DNA of 64,000 nucleotides. It comes from Eledone cirrhosa (lineage: Eukaryota). The position numbers and the translations under genes were made by a program. Positions 35,521 through 49,130 of this stretch are shown in pieces; positions within the stretch are counted from its first letter, which is position 1; each line of letters opens with the position of its first letter. A model generated the notes under the pieces. That model worked only from the letters and a program-made list of their open reading frames with translations. It had not been told where the DNA came from and ran no database searches. Where the stretch lies: assembly GCA_964016885.1 (NCBI GenBank), contig OZ024740.1, positions 125,302,001 through 125,366,000 on the forward strand, read 5' to 3'.

Positions 35521-37599
35521 TTATGTAATATTCGGCTTGTAGTGGGAAAAAAGGGTTTTAGTTCTGTGACGGCAGAATAATGTTCGTTCAATTCTGTTAT
35601 TCAGCAGTTTCTTCTTGTGTGTGATTATGTAATAAATCTCAAGATTACACAATTTGCAGAAATTTTGGCTCCTGGAAAAGCTTTGGGTTTTAGCTAATTT
35701 TTCCCATTTTAGGGTAAACTTTTGATCGCTATCCCTGAGCGTCCAAGCTTTTTCTGCTAAAGTTGTTACATTTCTTTGGCTCTGGTGTTTTATTGAGTAA
35801 GAATGCCTATACAATCGAGATTTAAACGATGTTGCCGTTGATCCCACGTAATACCACTCGTTGCCTCCGGATTTAATGGTACACTTATAAATAATATTTT
35901 TTTCCAGGCAGTTATTGCCGAGGGGGCAGTTGTCAGGATAGGTGCAGTTACAGTTGTGTACGTTGGGTTTTCTCTGGAGTAGTATTGCGGACGAACTTAG
36001 GTGTGGTTTTTTTATGTTCTGTAGTGTATTGTCTACTGTTTTTTTTGTGTTCTTTGTACTTAAGTTCTTAGTGTTTTCGTTTAACCTTCTAGTATTGATC
36101 TTTTTTATGTGTTGTTCAAGGTTTAACGCTGTAGAGTATGACAGTCTTATAGTGGTAGGGTTTAGGATTTTGTGGTATTTGTGTGATGTGGGAAAATGTC
36201 TTTTAATTATTTTAAAGAAGAGTACTGGTAAATTTGTACTAATGGAACTATTGTATTCGGGGTTATACCATAAGTACTCTTTGCATCGCTTTCTATTAGT
36301 TTTGTTTGTTGGTTTACTGGTGTGCATACTATGGTAGTAAGTGTGGTTTGGTGTTGTGTTATTATATCTACCTATGTGGGATTTATTTTGGGTGTTTTGA
36401 TTGTTCCCATCTATGTACTCTATTTTGTTGAGGTAGCCTGCTTTACTAAGGGCGTTATCGTAGTACTCGGCGTGTTCCTTAAATACTTGTATGTTAGAAG
36501 ATAGACCCGAGATTCTAAGGGAAATATTTTTAGGGATAGATTTAATTATAGAGATGGGGTGGTTAGACCCAACATTTACGTATTTGAGATTTTCATTCAA
36601 TTTATGAAACGGTTTAATCAAACCAGAGTTTAAATTGAGTGTGACATCCAGGAAGTTAACTACTTTAAGGTTGTATTCATACGTTATAGTTAGTCCTATT
36701 TCGAGTAGTAGTTTTCTTATATCTTTGCGTAGTTTTTCTAGTTTTTGGTTATTAAGGTTTTTAGCTAGGAGGAGAACATCGTCGCGGTATATTCCGCCGT
36801 GGAGATTGCTGAATTTTTCCTGGAGTCTAAAGGCGATAAATAACCCCACAATATCAGTTATTTCCGCCGAATCGTTAGAGCCCATTGTTATGTCAAAGTT
36901 AGAGGGTCTATCTTTACGTACCCAATAACTGTTCTCAAATTTGACTATAGTTTTCCTAGCTTCTAATATAATCTTAATTTCATCGTTTGTAAGGTCAGAG
37001 TTATCCTTAGCAAACTTAATGGCTCTATTCAAAGTTTCAGGTGATATCGATGAGTAATATTCATCGATATCAAACTGGATAAACTTAGATTTATTCTTAT
37101 TGCTAATGCTATTAAACCATCTTATTGCTTCTTGGGTCTTCCCCCAGAGTTTAATGTTAACCTTAGCCTTAATTTGGGGGATGATTCTATCTAAGATATA
37201 TTTGCTTATTTTACCTATATCTGATTTAGAGGGGCAGATTAATCTAATTTTAGGGTTATTATCAAAGTTTACCTTGTGGTCCTTAAGATTGAAGGTGGGT
37301 ACCGCCGGTAAGAGTGGTCCTATCCTATCTTCGATTCCGAGATTTTTCACTATTTCGCATGCCTCATCATTGATGTGCTTAAGGGTTACTTCACTCGTTT
37401 TTCTATATTTTTTATGTAATTCTTTTCGAATGAAGTTGTTGTATGTAGTGCAATCCATAGTGTACAGGTTTGATGTTTTGTCCGCTTTTACTACAATTCC
37501 TTTGGTGTTTTTAAGGTCGTCCAGTAGTTTTTTTATATCTTTCTGTAATTTGCTGTTGGTGTTGCGTCCTTTGAATTTAATTTTAAGGATTAAGTTCAT
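35521..37599 (-). CDS. Penelope-like RT + C-terminal GIY-YIG endonuclease (692 aa, no stops, N-terminally truncated)
   Basis: KADKT, RLICP, FDIDEYYSSI, TMGS, IYRDD, NFLDVTL; CNC..CPL..C linker; IIYKC..YYVGST..FKSRLYRH; CKLC..E..CRH. Confidence 0.95.
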   Translation of the reverse strand: MNLILKIKFKGRNTNSKLQKDIKKLLDDLKNTKGIVVKADKTSNLYTMDCTTYNNFIRKELHKKYRKTSEVTLKHINDEACEIVKNLGIEDRIGPLLPAVPTFNLKDHKVNFDNNPKIRLICPSKSDIGKISKYILDRIIPQIKAKVNIKLWGKTQEAIRWFNSISNKNKSKFIQFDIDEYYSSISPETLNRAIKFAKDNSDLTNDEIKIILEARKTIVKFENSYWVRKDRPSNFDITMGSNDSAEITDIVGLFIAFRLQEKFSNLHGGIYRDDVLLLAKNLNNQKLEKLRKDIRKLLLEIGLTITYEYNLKVVNFLDVTLNLNSGLIKPFHKLNENLKYVNVGSNHPISIIKSIPKNISLRISGLSSNIQVFKEHAEYYDNALSKAGYLNKIEYIDGNNQNTQNKSHIGRYNNTTPNHTYYHSMHTSKPTNKTNRKRCKEYLWYNPEYNSSISTNLPVLFFKIIKRHFPTSHKYHKILNPTTIRLSYSTALNLEQHIKKINTRRLNENTKNLSTKNTKKTVDNTLQNIKKPHLSSSAILLQRKPNVHNCNCTYPDNCPLGNNCLEKNIIYKCTIKSGGNEWYYVGSTATSFKSRLYRHSYSIKHQSQRNVTTLAEKAWTLRDSDQKFTLKWEKLAKTQSFSRSQNFCKLCNLEIYYIITHKKKLLNNRIERTLFCRHRTKTLFSHYKPNIT

Positions 37600-37688
37600 C
37601 GAAAAACCACTCCTTCAACTATTCTTCTAACAACTTCACCCCTCCCTCCTAATATTCTCTATAAAAACTAAATAGGTCCTCAGTAATA

Positions 37689-37808
37689 TTATTCTGATGA
37701 AATGACAGTAAATAATAACATTGAAATATTGAATGTCTGCATAACTAAAAGTTTGTAGATAGCAGCTGTTTTAGGTTATGTAACTGTTATAGAAACACGT
37801 GTCAATAA
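37689..37808 (+). ncRNA. Type I hammerhead ribozyme with ~90-nt domain II
   Basis: UUAUU-CUGAUGA-a[AUGACAGU...ACUGUUAU]a-GAAA-CACGUG-UC^-AAUAA. Predicted cleavage after C37803. Confidence 0.8.
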
Positions 37809-37955
37809 ATTCCTTTCAACTAAACTGTATCCATTCAAATCTTTCTATTTTTCTCCGGATTACTTTTGGAACTACAACTGGAACCGTCAAGCAAACTCTA
37901 CGTGAGCTGATAATCTACTGTGTGTAATATTTATATTACAACACAACGGAAAATA

Positions 37956-38035
<80 letters not shown>

Positions 38036-38585
38036 CTGTATACATATATGTGTATGTAAATATATATATATGAATATGTAAATATATGTGTATGTGTGCA
38101 TGTATATATATATATGTATGTGTGTATAAACATACATATATATATATATATATACACCACACACACTCACATGTCCACATAACCATATCACTTCTCTGTG
38201 AAAGTTCTGAAGATTAATATAAAGAGCGTTTTTATCTATTATCTCCATGACAAGCTAGAATTAGCGTTTATTTTTGTTTTATAGAATTACATATGCATAA
38301 ATTGCTTTATTATGTTCTCGTAAATGAAATACCCTGGTGAATCCTTTTAAACAAATCAGGTGATAATAATATTTTAGAAATATATTCTAAACAAAAGTTG
38401 AATATTATTTATATTTTTATTATTTCTAAGTTCCACTTTGATTACTCATAAAGAATTTTATAGGTGTTCAAACATTATAGCAAATAAGGAAAAAAAATCA
38501 TCATTAAATGTTTGCTGGATAAAGAAGTCAATTGGAAGAGAATTTTCATGGTGAGAATTATAGAGACTATACAGTAAATGGAACA

Positions 38586-38900
38586 GGGCATGGCTTAGTC
38601 ATTGGGGTGTTTAGCATATGAGCTGATGACACTAAGTTCATTTCCTCATAGTAGATTGGGCCCTTGAGTAAGACATATTATTTCATATTGTTCCTGTTAC
38701 CTCAGCTGAGAAAAATTGAGTTCTATCTGTTATTCAAAGAGCCTGCCTCATCACATAGAATCTCTCTGAGAATTACATCAAGGATTCACATGTCTGTGGA
38801 ATGCTTAGAAACTTGCAAGTTAATTTCACAATCAGTCTGTCCCATTGGTCAAACAAATGGGACATTCATCATAAGAACCAATGGAAGTCCAACACAAATT
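38586..38900 (+). mobile_element. Old tRNA-derived SINE
   Basis: gggcatggcttagt...gttcatttcc...cccttgagtaagacatattatttcatattg resembles the 15228 head and core. Confidence 0.55.
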
Positions 38901-41859
38901 ATAATAAATTTATATTTTTATGTCACTGAATGCAATGTTCTGTTCTTTTTAGATGTGAGGTCTTGTGTTGATATGATAAATATAGTTAAATGAATGTAAG
39001 AATATGACTCACTTAATTTGTCAACTTGTTCAACACAACCATTTGTTCCCGGGATACCTTTATCTGAGTCCACATTGTTGCATACATTTAACCCTTTGGA
39101 CCCACCTAAAACTGGCTTTGAGATTATGAAACAAAACCACATATTTCAATTGAAATCTTCCAACATAAGTTTAGATATGAGCCAGCCATTACATTACTAT
39201 CTTAGTAATGAAACAATTAATAATTTTAATGAATTTCACAAAAGTTTTCATTAATTAATTGAAATAGAATGTATTTAATTAGAAATATGGTAATAAAAGG
39301 ATTGAACCATGTCCATAGTTTAAAGATGTCTTCCATTCTCCCTCCAACTAAACTTCAACACTCTTGACTAAACAATAAAAGAAAAATGGAAAATAGATTC
39401 TGAATATATTCTCCTTACAATATTAGTGGGATAACACTTAGTCAATCAAGCCAATCAACACTTAAGAAGTTCTATTCATAAATCAATGCAAAAGTCAAAC
39501 ACCACACAGTAAGCTGTTCTCATCTTTTTTACAGACTATATACATATATTTTCCCATATATTTTACCATATTACCTGTTTACAGTTGCTCAATAAAATTC
39601 AAATAGATACACTATGGATTAAAATACAACAAAAGGAAGGATTGTTATGGTTGGAATGCTTTTGATTATATATCTAATTGAAAAGGTTTACCTAGTCTTA
39701 ACATGTATGGCAATTTCCATCTTATTTATCATATCTTTTATTTGCTACAATTAGTGAAAGACTTAGTCTGTCATCTGTTTTACTTTCCCCACCTGGCTCT
39801 TGAGTGTCGTTTGCAGAGTCCTCAATCCAGTCATCTTTGAGGTGAGATTTCATTATTTCTACTCACCAGCTCACAAATGCTGATGGGTGTTGATCTGGCT
39901 AATTTATAAAAAAAAAAGAAACCTACCAGGAGATATGGAGAATTTACCTTTCACCCTATTAAAATGGAATGATTGTGTGTACATTTGAGTTTGTGTCTGT
40001 GTTCTATAATATAAACTAATATTTTTGTTAAAAGAGTTTGATTTAAAGAATGTTTAGTGATGAGATTTAAAGAATGTTTAGTGATGAGAACATATGAACT
40101 ATACTTTAGATTTAAAAGCATTCGATGTCAAGTAATATATTTTGAACAGGCATTGTGGTATTTTTGTTTAGACATATTTTAGCATTTATTCTGAAATTTG
40201 TGTTGAATATCATTCCTTGCCAAGATATGATGGTTGACAAGACTACTTGGCTGCTCTTACCATGCAGTGATCAATACATAAAATGTTCTGATTCTTTCCA
40301 TACAATAATAGATGGTGTGACATTTAGTAGATTAGAACATTTGATCTGAACTGACAAATTTCCTGGTTGGACAAACTTCTCAGGGATAACCAAATGAATG
40401 TAGAATATTTTAATCAAATTCCTAGCTTTTATGAGGGGAATATTTTTTGTTTTTGTTAGTTATTTGAGACCTAATCACTGATGAAAAATATTATTCAAGT
40501 CCATGGTGTAAAAGCTGTTAATTTCAAAGTTGAACATTTAGATAGCTGCAAGTTTGTATGAAGATTAACTTTCATTTGAAAAGTTCCTTTCTGGTCAAGA
40601 TTGTAAAAAGATCCTTTAAAAGCATCTAATAAATTTGGCTGCTAATATGGCATTAATAACAGAAATTAAAACTTCCTAAGGAATAATGGTTTTCTATTTC
40701 CTGAACAAGTTTAATTATGCTATCCAATTCTTGAGCTGCTTATGTCTTTTAATAGCAGACCACACAATAGATGCTAGTAGCAAGTAGGGAACATGATACT
40801 TCCTCCAGTGATGGACTGCATAGTTTGGGTTTTATGAGTATCCTACATCAACAAGACAAAGGAGATTAAGTATTATTTGAGCTAGATTGGAATCCCAAAT
40901 CTTTCACTGGTATTAATGTGCTAGTATCTCTCATCTGTGATTACTTAGAGAAGAACTATCTAATGCTTTATTCATTTGTTATATTTATCTTGCTAACGTG
41001 TTATAAAAGTAGCTCATTGAGTAAAAGAAAGAATAGCATAGTATAAAATAAACTGCAGTTTATCTTAGACCCTTTCTTTAAATCAAGAAAAGCAAGTAAT
41101 AACAACAGTCAAGATTTCTTAAGGTGGTTGGCCATCAAATAGAGGAAACATAACTGAGAGAAACCTATATCCTGCTGAAGATATAGCAACTTCTTTAGTA
41201 CTGATATCACTATAAAATAAACTCAATATACTCTGTAAAAGGGGATCATGTTAGGAAAGGCATATGACCATAGAAGGCATACCAAAAAAAGGAATATATG
41301 AGCAGAATACGATCGCCCCTTCAACTAAGTACTGATCAGCATAAAAAATGGAAATAAAATAATGATTATGATGAGGAGCATAAGAGATATCAGCTTTATG
41401 GTGGTGAGTTAAATAGGAATTTGAGTAATTCCTAAACTTCTTGAATACTTTATTAAAATCACACAAGCAAACAAAACATAAAGTTGCTTTAAGCAAGAAA
41501 TTAAACTAATTTGCTGGCTGAATTAGACCCAAACACACCACCTCAACTTCACAATCACAAGAAAAATGAAAATGATATAAAATTAGAAGTGATATTAGCA
41601 ACACTCATACACACATTTGCACAAGTTATAACAAGCATCCACACTCTACTGCGGCACACAGATAAAGAGGGAGACATAGCCCACACTTCCAATGTGGCAT
41701 ATCTGGATCCACACTTCTGACATGATGGCCCTTGCACTTCCAGCTCCCTAGCCCAAGAAAAGCTTAATATAGCAGCTTATTCTTGGTTAGGCAGTTCTCT
41801 TGTAGTTGTCTCACTATGAAGGGTGTAACCGTAGCACCATTCCCAGGCCTACCTGTATC

Positions 41860-42410
41860 TCACATAATTTGACTCTTTCACCAATTACCTGTGCTAGAAC
41901 TCTTTCTCTCACTTTCATAATTTGGTCCAATAGTTTGATGCCTCTATATTTGCTCCTTTCAATAGAATCACCTCTTCCCTAGTATGTATGACTCCATCCT
42001 GTATTATCTGATTGACTATGCAGGTAACTAGTTCAGCTCCTATTTCTTCCAATGCTTTTAGCATTTCAGCAACTATCATTGATGGTCTCATAGCTTTATC
42101 CTTCATTATTTCCTGTAATTTTTCTTTGACATTATAACTGTCACTACCTTGTCCCTCAGTTGTGTCACTTCTTACTATTTGTTCTCCACATTCAGGAGCC
42201 TCTCATATTAACATTTCCAGGCCTCTTTCTTATGAGCATCAGCGAGACTAAGTGTACTGGTGTTATTTTGAAAACATTGCAATTTGGAACATCTCATGTC
42301 TCTGATCCTCATGTCGAAAAACATTGGCAAACATTCTTCTCTCAAACTCTTTCCTTGATATGTATACTTGTCACCTAGCTTCTCTCTTAGCTATCTGGTA
42401 CTGGCCTCTC
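41860..42410 (-). mobile_element. Degenerate RTE internal fragment
   Basis: MKDKAMRPSMIVAEMLKA...IVNQIIQDG matches MKIGKATGPSGIAAEMLKA...IVNQVILEG of the full RTE. Confidence 0.8.
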
Positions 42411-43762
42411 TCACTTCACACTTATATATATACACACACTCACACACACACATATATATATATATAATATCAGCAGATTGAAGTATAACTCTAGAAAGGA
42501 AAAAGAAAATGATCTAAATGGAAAAACCTAGGAAAAGCAATATCCATAATATTGGTGAACTGGAAAAAAATGAATTCTGCCTATTTTAAGAAAATTTTAA
42601 TGAATTCTTGATACACATAACATACAAAAATACAATTACAGTTCACAACCCACAAATATATTAATATATCTTATGAAGGTGATGGCCTTATGACCATTGT
42701 GGATTTGATTCCTGCACTGGGTTGTGTTCTTGAGGAAAACACTTCATATCACATTGCTACAGTATACTCAGGTGAAAATGTGTACTTGCAGTAGTTGGGG
42801 GTTTAACCCTGCAATGGACTGGCTTAATAAGATAAGCACTGACCTGATGAGCCACCGGACTTGAAACAGACTTTAAACAGTTTTTTTAAATTGATGGACA
42901 AGCAGAATTGTTATTGCTTTACATTTATTTACTGCCCTTTACAGTATGAATTCAAATCCCACTGAGGTTAACTTTGCATTTCTTCCTTCTACAGTTGACA
43001 AAACAAAGTACCTGACAAGTACTAGAGGTAATGTAATCACCTTAACCTTTCCACCACTAATTGCTAGCCTATAATATAAACAATTAATATAGTATATGAA
43101 ATCACCTTCACAGAATGAGGTAAACTTCTGTGAGATTGATATACTGGTTGACAGACCACAAAGTCTAAATTGAAATGTTTTTACAGCTATGGTTTTGTGA
43201 CTGTGCAAGTTACATAAATCTATTTGTTGCAGTTTGCTGACGAAAAGAAATGATCAACTCCTATTTCACAGTTCACTGTTTGGAAGTAAAATGGCCATTC
43301 TGTTATAGAAAACAATGGCACGTTAATAAAATTCATATCTATTGAAACATGAAAAATTAATATCAAACAATACAAAATAAATTGTTAATTACATGCTAAT
43401 ATTCTAATATAAATGATATTGGATATTACGTAATCACTAATTTCAGACAGAAAAGAGAAACAGAGCCATTGAGAGGATACATACCATCTATCTATAGATT
43501 ACCAGGTTTTACTGATTATATTATGAAACCACTGCTATTCTATCTCTACAAATCATGTCACTTAGCAGTGGCAGGATAGTTTACACTACTAATGCTCAAC
43601 AGAGTGAAGTTTTCTAATTTGGTTTAACATTTATAAGAAAAAAGAATCACATGAGCCGAATTAGGAATGAACTGTTAAGATTCTAAAGTGAGTGATATTG
43701 GACATTAAATCAGTAATTTAATGTTATACAGGTGCTCATTGTACCAATACTGGAGGTAAATA

Positions 43763-44082
43763 CTGTGGAACCTCAGTTCACAAACTTATTTTGTTGCTGA
43801 AGGCCATTCGCCATCCGAAATATTCATAAACTAAAACTGTTTTTCCCATACGAAATGTTAAGAAAAAAATACAGAGAGAGAAAGACTGTGTGTTTGTGAA
43901 AGACATAGATATCACCATTGTAACTAACTACACAGCAAATGACATTTTCCTGCTGATATTCCCAGTTTGTTGCCGGCTTGTTCAAGACATCATTCATCAA
44001 CCAAGATGTTTTATATTCAGAAAAATTGTTTGTGAACCAATTTGTTCATGATGCAAGACATTCCTGAACTGAGGTTCCACTG
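43763..44082. mobile_element. Tigger/pogo-like MITE
   Basis: TIR ctgtggaacctcagttca / tgaactgaggttccactg (17/18 match), TA on both sides. Confidence 0.85.
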
Positions 44083-44688
44083 TATATCCAAATTAAATCA
44101 GTATAGAATATATAATTGGCTGCTCAGAAAAAAAACAAAAAAATAATTTCAGCCACATAAAAACTATATGAAAGCACTGCTTGATAATAAATTCATATGG
44201 GAGGCATGTATATGGTTGCTTGACCAATTAGACATAACAGCCAAAACTCCTTCCCACTTCATGAAAAGAAAAGATATATTGGACAAAATAGTTTTATATA
44301 TAATGCCTTAAATAAATATGTTATGGTAATGGATGGATTGTCTTTGGTCATAGATATTCCCTGTTGGAGTTGGCCCAGGACTCTACATAAAGAACAATTT
44401 ATTGATAAAGCTAGAAATCAGCACCATAAAATTATCTAGTAATCTATGTTTAGGAGAAATACTCTTGATATTAATTAATATTATCAGTGAGAATAAAGAT
44501 TATAAAATCAACAATGTTACAATGTTAATTGTATAGTTGTTACAATGACTACTAACAAGCCTGGGGCATCTTCATGTAGAAACTGAATTCTAAATTGATA
44601 ATACTTGTGAAGAATAGTCATGATGTATCATCATCAAATGAAGAACCTACTTAGATTGATTAAATAAATTACAGAATATTCACGTTAA

Positions 44689-44938
44689 CCCTTTTGTTAC
44701 AATATTGTTATGAAATATACTGCCAATTTCTTTAAATAAATTTTGAATATAATTAGAAATTTGGAAGAATTTAATAAAATGAATGAATTTTTCGTTATTA
44801 AGTTGATGTTTGGAATATAACCTAACAAAGATTTTTACAAAAACTTGGAAGGTTTTAACATAAGTATGAACAATTTAAAATGGGCACCTTTATAACATAG
44901 AACTAGTGATAGTTTCAAGCAGATTAGTAATGAAAAGG
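44689..44938. mobile_element. TTAA-flanked (piggyBac-like) MITE
   Basis: TTAA|cccttttgttac...gtaatgaaaagg|TTAA. Degenerate relatives at ~39090-39260 and ~50170-50425. Confidence 0.6.
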
Positions 44939-44949
44939 TTAAGTATAGA

Positions 44950-45070
44950 GGAATACAACTCGTATAGGCTCGCCCCTTATCTCCCTTTGTCGTGGAACTC
45001 TTCTTCGGTCACATAGAACGATGGTAAATTTACAAAATATCAATTTAATTCCTGTAGAGGTGTAGATGTG
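44950..45070 (+). pseudogene. Small PLE-type RT scrap
   Basis: With one frameshift it reads IGSPLSPFVVELFFGHIE (RT motif 4 type). Confidence 0.45.
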
Positions 45071-46249
45071 AATATCCAACTCCTATGGAACAAATAATTA
45101 ATTCTTTATTAACAAGATAATATGGGAATATTTAAAAGAATACAGAAACAAAGTAATTAAACACGTTAGGAGCAATAACCCCATATTTATGTAATTAAAA
45201 ACAAATAGTTTATTTCTAATGTTCCCAATATCAAATTAACCACAGGAGAGTTAAATAATCTGACTAGGAAAAAGATTAAGAGCTCGTCAGAATTTGAGAC
45301 ATCTGGTAAAGCTTGGTCATTGGCAAGCAGGTTCTTGTCATTGTTGGTGGCTCGCCTTACGCATGTATCTGTTAATTCACACAAGGGTGCTTGGTTATTC
45401 TAATACTGTTTGCCTGAAAAATTATTAGATGGAAACTTTAACACTCTTTGTGACATTTGATTGAACAAGTCTTCTCTGACAATTTAAAAAAATTTCCTAT
45501 TATTTTATATACATTTAAAAAAAATCTCACTAGTGTTTATATGATATCAACTATACAATGCTAATATAGCAAAGAAGAAGACTATGAATGTTGTTAGTTT
45601 CTTAACCATAATCAACAAAAGTTTGGATCGATTATATAAAAACATTTATGATAGGCTCATCAGAATATGATGGTGAACTGTTTTAAAGCAACAGAAAATA
45701 GGCAGATATTGTTTCATATCCACAAAAGCTCAATGGTTGTAATCATCTGTCTCCAAAAAATATCTGCGTGATTATTTCAATTCATCACAGAGGTTCTCTC
45801 ATTTGTTTGTATGTATGTTTGTTGACTATGATGATATACAAGATAATAGATCCAACATCATATTATAATAGCAAAGTTCTCAATAAAATTGGTTTGATTT
45901 TGAAAGCCAAAAATCTAAAATTAAGGTAGTACAAATGAATAAAGAAGCCCTAATAAACAACTATGAATATGTATCCTTATATGGTCTATACCTCCATGTT
46001 CAGTATGCAGCAATTTTCAATGCAAAGAGTACTCTTGCCTGGTTGAATAATTCATACCTAAATGCTTTTGTACATATAACATCAGTTGCCATACAGAAAC
46101 AGGCCAACACTGAAATACATTAAGAAGAATATCAATAATTCTTATTTAGATGACAAATATCATATAAATATTTTATTTTCTGAAATAACATACCATAGTT
46201 TATCAGAATATCAAAACTTATGTCTCACGAATACACTTTGTTACATAAT

Positions 46250-46425
46250 AAAGGTTTCGGATTTAGGCACAAGGCCAAAAGTTTGCAGGGAGAGGAAAAT
46301 AGATTAAATTGTCCCCAGTGCATTAGTGGTGCATTATTTTATTGACCTGGTAATGAAGAAAGGCAAATCTAATCTCAGTGGGATTTGAACTCAGAACACA
46401 AATGGTCATAGCTCTATATTGCAAA
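46250..46425 (-). mobile_element. SINE family A-related, diverged
   Basis: ttaggcacaaggcc...aaaggcaaa...ggatttgaactcaga. Confidence 0.7.
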
Positions 46426-46843
46426 GTATGAATAGTGAGAATAGATGTAATATAGTAAGGAGAATGGACGTATTATAGTTGGGAGAATGGACGTTAGATA
46501 ATGCTGAAAATATCGTTAAAAATTTCAACATTTTAAAGAAATACATCATCATCATTTTTTTCCATGCTTGCATGGGTCGGATGGGTCCTTTTCAGCATTG
46601 CATCTCTCCATGCAATGTGTTCGTTTGTCATCTCTTCTGTGAGATCAGCTCTCATCAGGTCTTCCTTGGTCTACCTCTACTGTGGCTTCCTTCCACTGGG
46701 ATTTCCTGGTACTTCTTCACCAACCAATCACATTGTATGCTATTCATCTTTAGCAGTGATGTATATAATAGTAATTGGTCCACGAGTGTCATAATAATGA
46801 TGTCAACAGCAGAAATAAGAGATGAAATGTGTGTTTATTTTGC

Positions 46844-47164
46844 TGTAGCACAAAATAATGTTTGTTAAATTGTATGGTTGAAGTTAAAAATAAAAGGGTT
46901 ACAAAAGGAATGTGGCATTGTGCCAGGCCCAAGGAAGGCCGGCAGGCCAAAGTGCAAATCTCACCGTTACATATTGTTTGTGTTGGTCCTTCGGTGCTCA
47001 AGCAGCAAGAGAGAGATTTCTCGAATCGGCGCGGGAATTTTTCCTGCAGGGCACGTAGAAATACATTCTCCTCCGTTGGCGGTCATTGGCTGGGCTGAGC
47101 CAAATGACGCACGGAGAATGTACATGAGCCCGCAGAATGTAGGTCACTACAATACCCCCTTCCT
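46844..47164 (-). mobile_element. Probable 3' LTR (308 bp) with polypurine tract
   Basis: TGTAG...CTACA termini at 46844-47151. On the minus strand AGGAAGGGGG-TAT directly precedes TGTAGTG. GC-richer than the flanks. Confidence 0.55.
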
Positions 47165-47486
47165 AGTCGTCAGACGAAACATATTATTGAATCAGCAGGA
47201 AAAATGCTGAAAGAGCACATCAATGAATAAGATTGAACAAAAGAATGCATGCAAGAAGAAAAATGAGGCGCTAAGGGCCGTGTTGAGCTGCTGTGTCAAA
47301 TTACTAGCTGTTTTGCTATTAAAAACCCCTATGAACTGTTAAGGTATAGACAATCTTCCAGGTAGTAGAAAATAAGTAAATGAAAAGAAGAAAATTAATA
47401 AAGAATTAAGCAATGAACGAAAAGTTCAGACACTACACCCTACTCTTCTGCAGATACGAAAATACCGACTAAAATAATTATGGTGA

Positions 47487-48178
47487 CATCATCATCATCA
47501 TCATCATCAACGTTTAACGTCCGTGTTCCACGCTTGCATGGGTTTGGACGGGGGTAGTCCCACTTGAGGCAAGAGTGATTGTCTTGCTCGCATAGGACTG
47601 TCTGGCAGGTTTTCTACAGTTGGATGCCCTTCCTAACACCAACCACATTTACAGTGTGGGTCTGGGAGGTTTTTACCGTGTTGCCTACACGGCCACATTA
47701 CAGCGTGGACTGTGTGTTTTTTTGTCGTGACACCTACACGATCTCATTTGTTTCGGCCTCGATGGCGCGGCACCAACATAACTTTACATCGAACGGGGTG
47801 GTGTGGATCGGGTGGGGGTGGTGGGACGGGGTGTATTTTGTTAGAGATGCCTACTGGCTGGAGTAGGTTTTACTATATATTTAGGTAAGGCGGGTCTTCT
47901 CTGTTACTGAGTACCGCCAAAGGTCTCGGTCCAGTGACATTGTCTTGGAGAGGTGTAAGTGTGTGATGTCGGAGTTTATCAGCTCGTCCCAGGTTTTTCT
48001 AGGTCTGCCTATTCCGTGACTACTGTCTATCTTTATTGCCCTGCACTTTGTTATACAGCTATCGACTTTCATGCGCATCACGTGTCCATACCAACGTAGC
48101 CTTCTCTCGAGTAAACAACATCTGATCCCTCTTATCTCTAATTTATTCCTTAGTTCGTTTATGCTTTGCCGTTCACGT
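47487..48178 (-). mobile_element. 5'-truncated RTE LINE, same subfamily as 27221-28619
   Basis: Closely matches 27221-27910 (MRMKVDSCITKCRAIK...EKTRLT*), with (GAT)n tail. Confidence 0.95.
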
Positions 48179-48574
48179 CATCAATGAAAATAGACATGTC
48201 AATAAAATGTTTATTAAGGCAACTCAGACTTGGCAAATCCTCTTTCTTCTTCTTCATTAAACCTGAACACACTCTGGTCACCAAGATACAAAATTGTACC
48301 TATAAAAACAGAGACTGTTTGCCAACAATGAAATCTCAGGTATACAAATGTTATAGCTATCTCACAAAACATTTGCTTATCTGAATCTACAAAACTATTT
48401 CGGAAACCAGGAAAGAAACTCTGAAGTACCTCATGAATTTTAAATTATTCTACTACAAACGTCAACAATATCAAGCCTATTGTTTTCAAGCAATGTGGTC
48501 TGTCTGGATAGTGAAGTCTCAAAGAATCTTGGCTTTATCTGCCAGCATAATAATTATTATTATTATCATTGTAG

Positions 48575-49130
48575 GGCACCAGACAATATGCTGCATAGCA
48601 TAGATTGAGGTCCCTTTACGTTCTGAGTTCAAATCTTACCAAGGTTAGCTTTGCCTTTCATCCTTACGGGGTTGATAAAATAAAGTACTAGTAATGCACT
48701 AGAATCGATCTAATCGACTTTCCATTCCTCTAAAATTGTTGGCCTTGTGCCTAAATCAGAAACCCTTATTATTATTAAGATATACAAGGAGGTGTATTGG
48801 CAGAATAGTTAGAGCATTGGATCTGCCAGTATTTAGCTAAAGCACTTTGAGTTCTGAATTCAAATCCTTTCATCTTTCTAGGGTGCATACAATTAAGTAC
48901 CAGTCAAGTGCTGAGGTTTATTTAATCTACTTCCTTATCCACTATCCAGGGGTTAGTTGATTAAGTTAGTCCCAGTACTTAACTGGTACTTTATTTTATT
49001 GACACTGGAAGGAGGAAAAACAAAGTTGACCTCTGTGAGATTTGAACTCAGAATGTAATGGTGAAACGGAACTGCATTATATTTATCCTAGTATTTTTAC
49101 TATTTTTGCATTTTCCCTGCCCTTCATCTC
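48575..49130. mobile_element. Cluster of three SINE family A-related copies (+,+,-)
   Basis: Core tttgcctttcatccttacgggg at ~48650, a degenerate copy at ~48790-48930, and a reverse copy at ~48960-49130. Confidence 0.75.

Noticed and set aside
38918-39254. Overlapping ORFs and a GTGAGT donor suggesting an exon
   Set aside because: The putative acceptor lies within a TTAA-MITE remnant (~39090-39260); no motif support.
40040-40089. ~24-bp tandem duplication gatttaaagaatgtttagtgatga
   Set aside because: Simple local slippage duplication with no further structure.
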